Of a stretch of DNA of 64,000 nucleotides, positions 50,589 through 59,800 are shown piece by piece. The notes beneath the pieces are model-generated. The model searched no databases and was not told where the DNA came from. It saw nothing but the letters and a program-made list of their open reading frames with translations. The position numbers and the translations under genes were made by a program. Numbering within the stretch: position 1 is the first letter of the stretch; every line of letters starts with the position of its first letter. The DNA is from an uncultured Litoreibacter sp. Lineage in GTDB: Bacteria > Pseudomonadota > Alphaproteobacteria > Rhodobacterales > Rhodobacteraceae. The stretch covers positions 302,359 to 366,358 of the forward strand of contig CANLVO010000002.1 in assembly GCA_947494645.1 (NCBI GenBank). The letters run 5' to 3'.

Positions 50589-51361
50589 CCGACGACAACC
50601 AGCTGACAGGCAAGATCGACGCACTGATCCGCGACGAGGCGTTTGAAGACGGCGCGATGCTTCTTGGCGACGCCGGCACGCCCGAGGTTACCACCGCGAT
50701 GCTGGAGAGCATCGACATGACGATGCTGCCCCGTGACATGGTGTTTTCCGTGGGCGCGTCCTTTGTGACATTGGCCGTCAGCGGCAAACGTGTGCGTCAC
50801 GTCACGGCGGCCTCGGATGATTTGGAGGCGCAGGAATTGATCGGGCAGCCGGTGAATGTCGATGATGCTGACACGTTGCAGAAACTTGCCTCTGTCCTGC
50901 TGGCGCTGGCCGCGATGAACGGAAAGATGACCATGGCCCGGCAGCCTGTTTCAGCGGCGCTGGATGTTGGAAATGTGGGCGTCGGATTGCGCGGGTTGAG
51001 CAAGGCGTTGGGGCCGAAACCTGCAAAGGTGACAAGCTCTGTGTCGACCCTGATGGGCGATCTAAACGACGTGCTTGGCGGGTATGCTCAGATAAACGAC
51101 GGCTCCATCACCCCGGTGAAGGGCGAGGCCGCTTTGGCAGAGGCGTTTGCCGCTCTGGAGCCGAAATGGTCAGAGCTTTCGCGCTCCCACGACAGGCTTC
51201 GTGGCTGGGCAGACAAGGACAGATTGCTGACGCTGGATGGCGTCTTGCCAGATGACGCGTTGGCACATTTTGTTTCCCTTAAGGGATCGCAAGTTGTGAT
51301 GGCGACGGCGAAAGGCAGCCTGGCGGATGTGGCCACGGCATGGGCCCGCGCGACGGAATAG
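50585..51361 (+). CDS. hypothetical protein translationally coupled to the Roadblock-like ORF
   Basis: 258 aa ORF with ATGA overlap to the upstream gene and coding-like composition. I recognise no family motif. Confidence 0.55.
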   Translation: MTDDNQLTGKIDALIRDEAFEDGAMLLGDAGTPEVTTAMLESIDMTMLPRDMVFSVGASFVTLAVSGKRVRHVTAASDDLEAQELIGQPVNVDDADTLQKLASVLLALAAMNGKMTMARQPVSAALDVGNVGVGLRGLSKALGPKPAKVTSSVSTLMGDLNDVLGGYAQINDGSITPVKGEAALAEAFAALEPKWSELSRSHDRLRGWADKDRLLTLDGVLPDDALAHFVSLKGSQVVMATAKGSLADVATAWARATE

Positions 51362-51550
51362 CAAAACAAGCCGATTCCCGCCGACCAAAACAATCCACAA
51401 GACACTAAAAATACAACAATCCTCCCTAAATTTTGCCACTTTTCTGATGAATTTTGACGGCACTAAAAACCAGTGCGCCCCTGACTTGGGGCTTTTCAAA
51501 GTAGCGCCGGCCCGGACCGCGCCATCCGCCAAGATGCAGAGGAAAACGAT

Positions 51551-53119
51551 ATGCCGATCTCCCCATTCAAGAATTCGACTTTGCGCGCATTGACGCTGCT
51601 TGGTGCAGCGATGCTGCCAACATATGGCATCGCAGATGGTATCGCCCTGACGACCACCGATGGCAGCGTGAATGTGGTTGGTGAATTCGTGAAGTTTGAA
51701 GAGGGCTACTACATCGTGAAAACCGATCTGGGCGAAATGCGCATCGCCGCATCGCAGGTTCTGTGCGAGGGCGAAGACTGCCTGCCGCTGGCCCCCCAGA
51801 TCAAAATCGCCGGATCAGACATCATCGGCCTTGAGCTGATGCCACAGCTGATCGCAGGCTACGCAAGTTCCATGAACGCCACCGCTGACATGCAAGCCGA
51901 AGACGCGCAGACCACTCTGTCGATTGTCGAGCCAAACGGCGCAACGCGTGCCAGCTATCAGGTGACGTCGACCACATCCAACGACGCGTTTGAAGCGCTG
52001 AGCGCCGGTGAAGCAGAGATCGGGATGACGTCGCGCAAGATCTCCCCCGCGGAAGCACGTGTCCTGAACCGGGCGGGCGCAGGAGATATGGCTGACCCAG
52101 AGCGTGAGCATATCGTCGCCGTCGACAGCGTCGTGGCAATCACCCATCCCGATAACCCTGTTGACACATTGAGCGTCGACGATCTTGAAAAAATCTACTC
52201 TGGCCAGATCAGAAACTGGTCGCGTCTGGGTGGCCCTGATCTTCCGATCGTCTTGGTGTCGCGCGAAGATGGGTCCGGTATTCGCAGCGCCCTTGAAGAA
52301 GGGCTGTTTGCAGGCAAGCGTGCACGCGTTGCCAACGGTGCTTTGATCGCGACGGATACAAAAACTGCCGTCTCTATGGTGAACAAGAACCCCGGTGCGT
52401 TGGGCTATGTCAGCTCTGCGTTCAAGGGTGACACCAAACCGATGTCGCTTGTGAATGAGTGCGGTATGACCCTAACGCCAGATGCGTTCTCTGCCAAAAC
52501 AGAAGAATACGCCTTTCAGCGCCGCCTGTACCTTTACAACCGTGGCGACAATCTGAGCGAAGACGCGGCAAGTTTCCTAGACTACGCGACATCCGCCGAA
52601 GCTGACGCGCTTGTCAGCGAAGCCGGGTTCACAAATTTTGGCGTTGCCGTGCGCGAACAGCCGCTTGATGGCGCCCGTGCCCGCGCGATGTTCAATCCGA
52701 ACGTCCAAGGCTACGAGATGGAAACCATCCACAAGATGCTGCTGTCGATGATGGATCATGACCGTTTGTCGACAACGTTCCGGTTCCGCACAGGGTCTAC
52801 TACACTGGACGCCCGTGGGCAGGTCGATATGGATCGCCTTACGACTTATCTGGAAGAGATGCCGGCCGGCACCAAAGTCGTCTTTGTCGGGTTTTCTGAC
52901 AATGTTGGCTCGTTCTCCAAGAACCGCGACCTGTCTGAGGGCCGCGCCGAGCAGGTCAAGAAAGCTCTGGCTGCCTTTGCCGGTGACCGCCTGAAGGGCA
53001 TCTCTTTGGCACATACAGGCTACGGCGAGGTTGCGCCGACCGCGTGCAATACCGCTGAAAAAGGTCGCCGTATGAACCGCCGCGTCGAGGTCTGGATCCA
53101 GAAATCCGCCAACAGCTGA
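51551..53119 (+). CDS. periplasmic PstS-like (type 2 PBP) domain fused to C-terminal OmpA-like peptidoglycan-binding domain, paralog 1
   Basis: GAGGAAA RBS and a signal peptide (LRALTLLGAAMLPTYGIA). It has a PstS-family pattern (IYSGQIRNWSRLGG..I..VSREDGSGIRS, GALGYVS) and an OmpA_C pattern (GFSDNVGS...NRRVEVWIQ). Confidence 0.75.
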   Translation: MPISPFKNSTLRALTLLGAAMLPTYGIADGIALTTTDGSVNVVGEFVKFEEGYYIVKTDLGEMRIAASQVLCEGEDCLPLAPQIKIAGSDIIGLELMPQLIAGYASSMNATADMQAEDAQTTLSIVEPNGATRASYQVTSTTSNDAFEALSAGEAEIGMTSRKISPAEARVLNRAGAGDMADPEREHIVAVDSVVAITHPDNPVDTLSVDDLEKIYSGQIRNWSRLGGPDLPIVLVSREDGSGIRSALEEGLFAGKRARVANGALIATDTKTAVSMVNKNPGALGYVSSAFKGDTKPMSLVNECGMTLTPDAFSAKTEEYAFQRRLYLYNRGDNLSEDAASFLDYATSAEADALVSEAGFTNFGVAVREQPLDGARARAMFNPNVQGYEMETIHKMLLSMMDHDRLSTTFRFRTGSTTLDARGQVDMDRLTTYLEEMPAGTKVVFVGFSDNVGSFSKNRDLSEGRAEQVKKALAAFAGDRLKGISLAHTGYGEVAPTACNTAEKGRRMNRRVEVWIQKSANS

Positions 53120-53176
53120 ACGCGCGCACCTGTCCCGCGCCCCCAAAGGCGCGGTTCACACCGTCAATCGCCATAT

Positions 53177-53207
53177 CAAAACAGGCCAGAAATGGCCTGT
53201 TATTGTG
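53177..53207 (+). terminator. weak hairpin terminator after PBP-OmpA paralog 1
   Basis: 8-bp stem (acaggcca, 53181-53188, pairs with tggcctgt, 53193-53200) and a 4-nt loop. The following TATTGTG is a poor U-tract. Confidence 0.4.
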
Positions 53208-53369
53208 ATCAGAGCACTGTTGACGTCTTAGATTCGCCATAATGCCCCGGGGATTCGCGGCATTTGATCGAAAACAAAGTTAATATTCCCTAAATCAACA
53301 GATTGGTGCCCCAGAAGAGACGGATTCTGACGCGAGATTTTCCCCGTACCAATGATTGGGGATACACCA

Positions 53370-54350
53370 ATGAAGAATTTGACAAGACGAGACGCGGTAT
53401 TCGGTGTCGCGACATTCGCAGCCGCAGGGATGATGACAAGCTCCCTTGCTGCGCAAACCGCCCGACGCGCCGCGAAATTTCAAGTTGCTGGCCAAGAGCC
53501 AGAACCCGAAGTTGTAAAAGAAGAGATTTTGGTTCCGCCGCTGCTGGGCGCGGAAGACCTGAAGACGCTGATCGAGATTGGCGATCCACAGATCGTAGAC
53601 ATCCGTCAGCCAAAGGCTTTCCTGTGGAACTATAGCTACGCGGCAGGGCATATCCCGAACGCCGTGAACGTACCATTCGCCAAGTTCCGCAAGCTTTGGA
53701 ACGATCCGCTGGCGACGCCTTCGGAAGAAGATTTCACCAATTTGGTACAATCGATGGGTCTGACCTATGACCGCCCCGTGGTGCTGGTGCATTCCAGCGG
53801 CGCGAAAGGGAATTTCGGTTTTGCCACTTTCGCCTATTGGACCCTGAAGACCGCGGGTTTCACCAACATGGCCATCCTGAACGGCGGTATTGCCGAATGG
53901 AAAGCCTCTGGCGGCGAGATGACCCAAGACAAGGTCAAAATCGTCAAGTCTGACACGGTGGCCTTCGTCAACGACGAATGGCTGGCGACGCATGAAGATG
54001 TGGACGCGGTTCTTGATGGAACCAGCACCGCGCAGCTTCTGGACGCCCGGCCGTTGCATCAGATCATGGAAGACGCCTCCCTTGAGGGCTCCTTTACTCT
54101 GAACGCCGAAGACCTTGTCGCTGGCGAAAACGGACAAGCCGCAGATGATCTTTCGATCTTCATCAAGATCAAACAGGCCGGTCTGGATTGGGAATATGAT
54201 GAGGTCATCACCTACTGCAACAACGGCGCTCTCGCGACTGTTGACTGGTTCATGGCCAACGAAATCGCGGGCATCCCGAATGTCAAAGTCTATGGCCATT
54301 CGCTGAAAGCCCGTCGGAAGGCAGAGAAGGCGAGGCAGCAAAATGGATAA
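53370..54350 (+). CDS. Tat-exported tandem-rhodanese sulfurtransferase
   Basis: The ATG at 53370 gives MKNLTRRDAVFGVATFAAAGMMTSSLAAQ, a twin-arginine signal. There are two rhodanese repeats, and the second carries the active-site loop YCNNGALAT. Confidence 0.8.
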   Translation: MKNLTRRDAVFGVATFAAAGMMTSSLAAQTARRAAKFQVAGQEPEPEVVKEEILVPPLLGAEDLKTLIEIGDPQIVDIRQPKAFLWNYSYAAGHIPNAVNVPFAKFRKLWNDPLATPSEEDFTNLVQSMGLTYDRPVVLVHSSGAKGNFGFATFAYWTLKTAGFTNMAILNGGIAEWKASGGEMTQDKVKIVKSDTVAFVNDEWLATHEDVDAVLDGTSTAQLLDARPLHQIMEDASLEGSFTLNAEDLVAGENGQAADDLSIFIKIKQAGLDWEYDEVITYCNNGALATVDWFMANEIAGIPNVKVYGHSLKARRKAEKARQQNG

Positions 54351-54420
54351 GTCCGTTACAAAAAATACCCGAGCAATGAGCGAAAACGCCCCGAAACGCG
54401 GGCAAGCATGGAGACGCAAT

Positions 54421-56004
54421 ATGTCCCTGAAATCTTTATCCCTCCTTTTGTCCAGCGCCTCGATGAGCGTGCTGCTGGCGGCGACCCCTTCAATGGCGGG
54501 CACCGTTACCCTGACGTCCCCGAACTCGGACACCAGCCTGCGTGGCGAGCTGGTCGCAGTTGAGGACGACAAATACGTCATCGAGACGTCGATCGGTACG
54601 ATGCGTGTCGCAATGGACATGGTGACCTGCGAAGGCGAGTCTTGCCCGGTCATCGAGATCAACAACGAGATCAACCTCGTCGGGTCTCCGACGCTGACAG
54701 ATCGTCTGATGCCTGCGCTCTTGGCTGGTTACTCCTTGGCGATTGGCGGCTCTGCCGACATGACCGAGGGTGATGAGAAGAAGCGCGTCTACGCTTTGAA
54801 CTCTGAGCGGGTCGGCGAAGGTGCACTAACGCTGACATCAAGCGGCGCCACTTCGGCTTTTGAAGCTCTGGCGAAACGTGAAGTGAGCCTGGCGCTTACA
54901 ACACGCCCTGCAAGCGACGCGGAAGCTCAGGCGGCCAAGGCCACCGGCATTCCTGCCTTGCGCGGTGTCGGCCATGAGCATGTGATCGGCTATGACGGTC
55001 TGCTTCTTGTGACCAACAACTCAAACGGTATCCGCGCAATCTCTGAGGCCGCCGCAGCACAGATTTTCTCAGGCAAGATCAAGAACTGGTCCGAGCTGGG
55101 CGGCGAAGACGCCCCGATCAACGTCTATGTTCGCGAAGAAGGCAGCGGTGCCCGCAGCCTGTTTGACGAGATGCTGATGCGGTCGAACCGCGAGCGTGTG
55201 TCTGCTGATGCGAACCAAATGCTGACGGATGCTGATGTGGCCGCAGCGGTTGCCAGCGACCCGAACGGTTTTGGCTTTACGTCCATGGTTTATGCCAGCG
55301 ACACCGTTAAGCCACTGGCCATTGAAGGCGTCTGCGGTCTGCGGACACCTCCAACCAGCTTCACCATCAAGACCGGTGAGTACCCGCTGACACGTCCGCT
55401 CTATCTGTATTCCGCAAGCGGCACGACCAACGGCCACACCGAGGAGTTCGTGAAATACGTGACCTCCGAGGAAGGCCAGAAGATGGTCGCAGCAGCCGGT
55501 TTCGTGGGACAGACGATCTCCAGCGAGGCGCTCAATGCGCAGGGCACACGTGTGGCCTCTACCTTGCTGCTTCACGAAGACAAGAACGGTGATATCGGCT
55601 CGATCCGCAACATGCTGTCGATGCTGATGGCCTCTGACCGCCTCAGCACCACGGTGCGCTTCACCCAAGGCAACAGCCGTCTGGACGCCAGCGCTCAGGC
55701 AGATGTGGAACGCCTTGGCGAGATGCTGACAACCGCGGAATATGCCGACAAGGAGTTCTACTTCATGGGCTTCTCCGACTCGGTTGGCCGCGCAGACCTG
55801 AACCAGCTGCTGGCGCTGCAACGTGCCGAGCTGGTGCGCAAAGCACTGCTTGAGAAGCACCCTGAGCTTGCAGGTCGCATCAAAGCGCGCTCGGTCGGCT
55901 TCGGCGAAATCTCTCCGTTGGGTTGCAACGAGACCCGCGCCGGACGTAGCATCAACCGCCGCGTTGAGGTCTGGATGCAGGATATCGCAAGCAAGCGCTC
56001 CTAA
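54421..56004 (+). CDS. periplasmic PstS-like domain fused to OmpA-like domain, paralog 2
   Basis: The ATG at 54421 gives the signal peptide MSLKSLSLLLSSASMSVLLAATPSMAG. It is collinear with the 51551 paralog (IFSGKIKNWSELGG..I..YVREEGSGARS; GFSDSVGR...NRRVEVWMQ). Confidence 0.75.
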   Translation: MSLKSLSLLLSSASMSVLLAATPSMAGTVTLTSPNSDTSLRGELVAVEDDKYVIETSIGTMRVAMDMVTCEGESCPVIEINNEINLVGSPTLTDRLMPALLAGYSLAIGGSADMTEGDEKKRVYALNSERVGEGALTLTSSGATSAFEALAKREVSLALTTRPASDAEAQAAKATGIPALRGVGHEHVIGYDGLLLVTNNSNGIRAISEAAAAQIFSGKIKNWSELGGEDAPINVYVREEGSGARSLFDEMLMRSNRERVSADANQMLTDADVAAAVASDPNGFGFTSMVYASDTVKPLAIEGVCGLRTPPTSFTIKTGEYPLTRPLYLYSASGTTNGHTEEFVKYVTSEEGQKMVAAAGFVGQTISSEALNAQGTRVASTLLLHEDKNGDIGSIRNMLSMLMASDRLSTTVRFTQGNSRLDASAQADVERLGEMLTTAEYADKEFYFMGFSDSVGRADLNQLLALQRAELVRKALLEKHPELAGRIKARSVGFGEISPLGCNETRAGRSINRRVEVWMQDIASKRS

Positions 56005-56026
56005 GCGTAAGCAGATGAAAATACAG

Positions 56027-56061
56027 ATGGCCGTCCCTGTCCGGGGCGGCCATTTTCTTTT
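56027..56061 (+). terminator. intrinsic terminator closing the 41.4-56.0 kb cluster
   Basis: 11-bp stem (atggccgtccc pairs with ggggcggccat, one G-U) and a 5-nt loop, followed by TTTCTTTT. Confidence 0.8.
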
Positions 56062-56142
56062 GCGTCGGGCCGCAATTCGATCCGCTGCAGGTATCGACGC
56101 CGCACGGACGAAAAGTTAGGCTCCCGCAGCAAGGGAGGCGAC

Positions 56143-56973
56143 ATGACCGGCTACAATCCAGAGGATGACGGGGCGCAAATGTCGTTCGCCAAGGACATGT
56201 CCTATACCGACTATCTGTCGTTGGACCCGATCCTGGGCGCGCAGAATCTGCAATCCACCGCGCATGATGAGATGCTGTTCATCATCCAGCATCAGACGTC
56301 GGAACTTTGGATGCGGCTGTGCCTGCACGAGCTGTCGGTGGCCCGCGCGTCTCTGTCGCAAGGTGCGTTTCAGGAAAGTTTCAAAATGCTGACCCGTGTG
56401 GCGCGGATATTCGAGCAGCTCAATAACGCGTGGGATGTTTTGCGGACGATGACGCCCAGCGAATATACAGAATTCCGCGACGATCTTGGCGCATCTTCCG
56501 GCTTTCAGTCGCACCAATACCGGTTGATCGAGTTCATCCTCGGAAACCGTAATCGCGCCATGATGAAGGTGCATGAACACCGCCCCGAACTGCACCACAT
56601 GCTGGGGCAGGAGCTGACGACCAAATCGCTTTACCATGTCGTTCTGGACCGGCTGGGGGACGCGATGGGCGAACCGTTTCCGGACGATGCCTACCGCATG
56701 GACGCGCCGCATCAGGCGCATGACGACGTGGCTGCCGCATGGATCAAGGTCTATGAGGATCCGCATGCCCATTGGCACCTCTATGAGCTGGCGGAAAAGC
56801 TAGTCGACCTGGAGGACTACTTTCGCCGCTGGCGCTTCAACCACGTCACCACCGTGGAACGCATCATCGGTTTCAAACGCGGCACTGGCGGCACATCAGG
56901 GGTAAAATACCTGCGGCGCATGCTTGAGGTCGAACTTTTCCCAGAACTCTGGAACATACGAGGCGCATTGTGA
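56143..56973 (+). CDS. kynA: tryptophan 2,3-dioxygenase
   Basis: 276 aa ORF with an AGGGAGG RBS. Motifs [28 protein letters not shown] and GTGGTSG are typical of bacterial TDO. Confidence 0.9.
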   Translation: MTGYNPEDDGAQMSFAKDMSYTDYLSLDPILGAQNLQSTAHDEMLFIIQHQTSELWMRLCLHELSVARASLSQGAFQESFKMLTRVARIFEQLNNAWDVLRTMTPSEYTEFRDDLGASSGFQSHQYRLIEFILGNRNRAMMKVHEHRPELHHMLGQELTTKSLYHVVLDRLGDAMGEPFPDDAYRMDAPHQAHDDVAAAWIKVYEDPHAHWHLYELAEKLVDLEDYFRRWRFNHVTTVERIIGFKRGTGGTSGVKYLRRMLEVELFPELWNIRGAL

Positions 56974-58160
56974 CGAAACTTCCCATGAAACACCGGTTCT
57001 CCCTGCCCGAGGGGATGATCTATCTGGACGGCAACTCGTTGGGGCCGCTGCCTTTGGGCGTTAAGGAGCGTGTCGCCTCCATGCTGCAAGACGAATGGGG
57101 GGCACACCTGATCAAGGGGTGGAATGTCGACAACTGGATGGGTCAGCCCGCCAGCGTCGGCAACAAGATCGCCCGGCTGATCGGCGCGGCGCAGGGCACT
57201 GTTACTATGGGCGACACGTTGTCGGTGAAGGTCTACCAGGCCTTGTCGGCAGCGCTGAAGATGCGGCCCGACCGGCGAGTCATCCTGTCTGACAGCGGCA
57301 ATTTTCCATCTGATCTGTACATGGCCGAAGGCCTGATCCGTCAGCTTGACCGCGATTACGAGCTGCGGATCGTCGCCCCTGAAGAGGTCGCAACGTCAAT
57401 GACTGATGACGTGGCCGTCGCGATGATCACGCAGGTGGATTACCGCACCGGGCGGTTGCATGACATGGCGGGCCTCACGAAAGCGGCGCATGACGCGGGC
57501 GCGGTGATGCTGTGGGATCTGGCCCATACCGCGGGCGCGGTGCCGATCGACCTGACCGGGTGCAGCGCGGAATTTGCGGTGGGTTGTACTTACAAATACC
57601 TCAATGGCGGCCCCGGCGCCCCCGCCTTCATCTACGCGCGGCCCGACATTGTGGGGGGCATTGAACCGGCGCTGGCGGGCTGGTTGGGTCATGACGCGCC
57701 CTTTGCGTTTGAACAGAGCTACCGCCCCGCCGGGGATATCGAACGCATGCGCGTGGGCACGCCTCCTGTGATCCAGATGACCGCTTTGGACGAGGCTTTG
57801 AAAGTCTGGGAAGAGGTCGAAATGGAAGACATCCGCGCGGCTTCCATCCGGCTGTGCGACCTGTTCATCTCGGAAGTCGAGGCGCGCTGCCCCGAGTTGA
57901 CGCTGGTCAGCCCCCGGAACGGCGCTGAGCGCGGCAGCCAAGTCTCCTTCGCGTTTGAGCATGGCTATCCCGCGATGCAGGCACTCATCGCCCGGGATGT
58001 GATTGGCGACTTTCGCGCGCCCAACATCATGCGCTTCGGGTTCACTCCGCTCTATATCGACGAGGAAGACGTGCGGGGGGCGGTCGATATTCTGGCCGAC
58101 ATTTTGTCAAACCGGCTTTGGGACAAGCCGGAATATCATCAGAAAAGCCGCGTCACGTGA
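56970..58160 (+). CDS. kynU: kynureninase
   Basis: 396 aa ORF whose GTG start overlaps the kynA stop; an alternative ATG lies at 56985. It has YLDGNSLGP and the PLP-lysine region [15 protein letters not shown]. Confidence 0.9.
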   Translation: MTKLPMKHRFSLPEGMIYLDGNSLGPLPLGVKERVASMLQDEWGAHLIKGWNVDNWMGQPASVGNKIARLIGAAQGTVTMGDTLSVKVYQALSAALKMRPDRRVILSDSGNFPSDLYMAEGLIRQLDRDYELRIVAPEEVATSMTDDVAVAMITQVDYRTGRLHDMAGLTKAAHDAGAVMLWDLAHTAGAVPIDLTGCSAEFAVGCTYKYLNGGPGAPAFIYARPDIVGGIEPALAGWLGHDAPFAFEQSYRPAGDIERMRVGTPPVIQMTALDEALKVWEEVEMEDIRAASIRLCDLFISEVEARCPELTLVSPRNGAERGSQVSFAFEHGYPAMQALIARDVIGDFRAPNIMRFGFTPLYIDEEDVRGAVDILADILSNRLWDKPEYHQKSRVT

Positions 58161-59269
58161 CCCAAACCAAGCCAGATCACATCACACAAGCAGAGGTCTA
58201 CTTGCCGGTAGACGATCTGAAAGAAGAGCTTCCCTTCTTTCTGACCCAGCTTGGGTTCCGGCTAGACGAAATATTTCCCGCCGATGATCCGGCGGTTGCC
58301 CTTATCTCTGGTCATGGGGTGCGCATCAGGCTGGACCGGGATGCGGACCAGACGCCCGGCAAACTGAGGCTACGATGCGAAGACCCGGACGCTTTCGCGG
58401 GTGGTCAAACGCAACTCAAAACCCCGAGCGGCAACATCATCGAAATTGCCCATGCCGACCCGCCGCTTGATATGCCCGAGACGCAGCATTCCTTCATGGT
58501 GCGCCATCTCCGCGACAGCGATGCCTGGGTGATTGGCCGCGCAGGCATGCGCTACCGCGACCTGATTCCCGACCGCTTGGGCGGGTCGATCATTGCGTCG
58601 CATATCCGCATCCCCGATGGCGGACCCGTGCCCGACATGGTGCACTACCACACGGTCGGGTTTCAGCTGATCTTTTGCCTCAAGGGCTGGGTCCGGCTGG
58701 TTTACGAGGATCAGGGTGAGCCGTTCATTCTGGAGGCCGGCAACTGTGTCATCCAGCCGCCGATGATCCGCCACCGGGTGCTGGAGGCCTCTGACAATGT
58801 CGAGGTGCTCGAGATCGGGGTGCCTGCGGAACACATCACCACGATTGATCATGAGATGGAACTGCCCAACGGCACGGTGAACCCGGACCGGGACTGGCAG
58901 GGCACCAAATTCGTTCATCACAAGCTGGAAGACGCGAACTGGTCTGACTGGCGGATACCGGGTTGGCACAGCCGGGACACGGGGATTGGTGCGGCAACAC
59001 GTGGCGTTGCGGGCGTTCACGTCGCGCGGCCCGCAGGGACACATGGTAGATGGACCAGCCACGATACCGACATTCTGTTCACCTTCGTCAAAGAAGGAAC
59101 GATGACGCTTGAGGTTGCCGGGCATGACCCGCAACTGCTGGGCGCAGGGGATGCGTTCGTGCTGCCTCCATTTCTCAAGGCGCGCTACATCGACGCCAGC
59201 GGGGATTGCGAGTTGATCGAAACGGCCCTGCAAGCGACGTTCAACACCGAGATCTCGATTGATCCCTAG
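58157..59269 (+). CDS. bicupin-domain protein of unknown function
   Basis: An in-frame GTG at 58157 overlaps the kynU stop (GTGA). Two cupin-like barrels are visible (HYHTVGFQLIFCLKGWVRLVYEDQGE and SHDTDILFTFVKEGTMTLEVAG). Confidence 0.65.
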   Translation: MTQTKPDHITQAEVYLPVDDLKEELPFFLTQLGFRLDEIFPADDPAVALISGHGVRIRLDRDADQTPGKLRLRCEDPDAFAGGQTQLKTPSGNIIEIAHADPPLDMPETQHSFMVRHLRDSDAWVIGRAGMRYRDLIPDRLGGSIIASHIRIPDGGPVPDMVHYHTVGFQLIFCLKGWVRLVYEDQGEPFILEAGNCVIQPPMIRHRVLEASDNVEVLEIGVPAEHITTIDHEMELPNGTVNPDRDWQGTKFVHHKLEDANWSDWRIPGWHSRDTGIGAATRGVAGVHVARPAGTHGRWTSHDTDILFTFVKEGTMTLEVAGHDPQLLGAGDAFVLPPFLKARYIDASGDCELIETALQATFNTEISIDP

Positions 59270-59272
59270 TTA

Positions 59273-59292
59273 TTGGTTGCAACCGTAACTAA
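59273..59292. promoter_or_regulatory. candidate MarR/HmgR operator upstream of the marR gene
   Basis: The perfect palindrome GGTTGCAACC (59275-59284) is followed by GTAACTAA. The reverse complement (TTAGTTAC) matches the motif repeated upstream of hmgA. Confidence 0.4.
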
Positions 59293-59310
59293 GCAGACTA
59301 GATTTGGGTC

Positions 59311-59736
59311 ATGCCTGATTTTGACCTGAAAGATTTTACGCCGTACCTGCTCAATCTGGCGGCGGAAACCTCAAGCGCTGGGTTTCAGACCTACTACAAA
59401 GACCGCTACGGGATGCTGCGGACGGAATGGCGGGTTCTGTTTCATCTTGGTCGTTACGGCCCAATGACCGCGAAAGAGATCTGCGACCGCGCCCGCATCC
59501 ATAAAACCAAGGTCAGCCGCGCCGTTTCCGCCCTTGAAAACAAGCGCTTTCTGTCACGCAAGGAACAAACAAATGACCGTCGGCTGGAAACCCTGAGCCT
59601 GACCACCAATGGTGAAAACGCGTATCAGGACCTCTTCAGGGAGGCCGCTCGTTTCGATCAGGAAATGATGTCGACTTTCACCGAGAAAGAGCAAGCCATC
59701 CTGCGAAAATGCCTCATTCAGATCGCTGAGCTTTGA
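59311..59736 (+). CDS. MarR-family transcriptional regulator (HmgR-like position)
   Basis: 141 aa ORF with the MarR winged-helix pattern LTAKEICDRARIHKTKVSRAVSALENKRFLSRK....DRR. It lies immediately upstream of hmgA. Confidence 0.85.
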   Translation: MPDFDLKDFTPYLLNLAAETSSAGFQTYYKDRYGMLRTEWRVLFHLGRYGPMTAKEICDRARIHKTKVSRAVSALENKRFLSRKEQTNDRRLETLSLTTNGENAYQDLFREAARFDQEMMSTFTEKEQAILRKCLIQIAEL

Positions 59737-59760
59737 GTGCAGAGCACCTGTTTTGCGCTT

Positions 59761-59800
59761 GTTAGTTACAAATCTAACTTTTAATTAAGGTTAGTTGCAA
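59761..59800. promoter_or_regulatory. candidate operator/promoter region upstream of hmgA
   Basis: Inverted repeat GTTAG-N8-CTAAC (59761-59778), the palindrome TTAATTAA (59781-59788), and a second TTAGTTGC copy (59791-59798). Confidence 0.4.
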
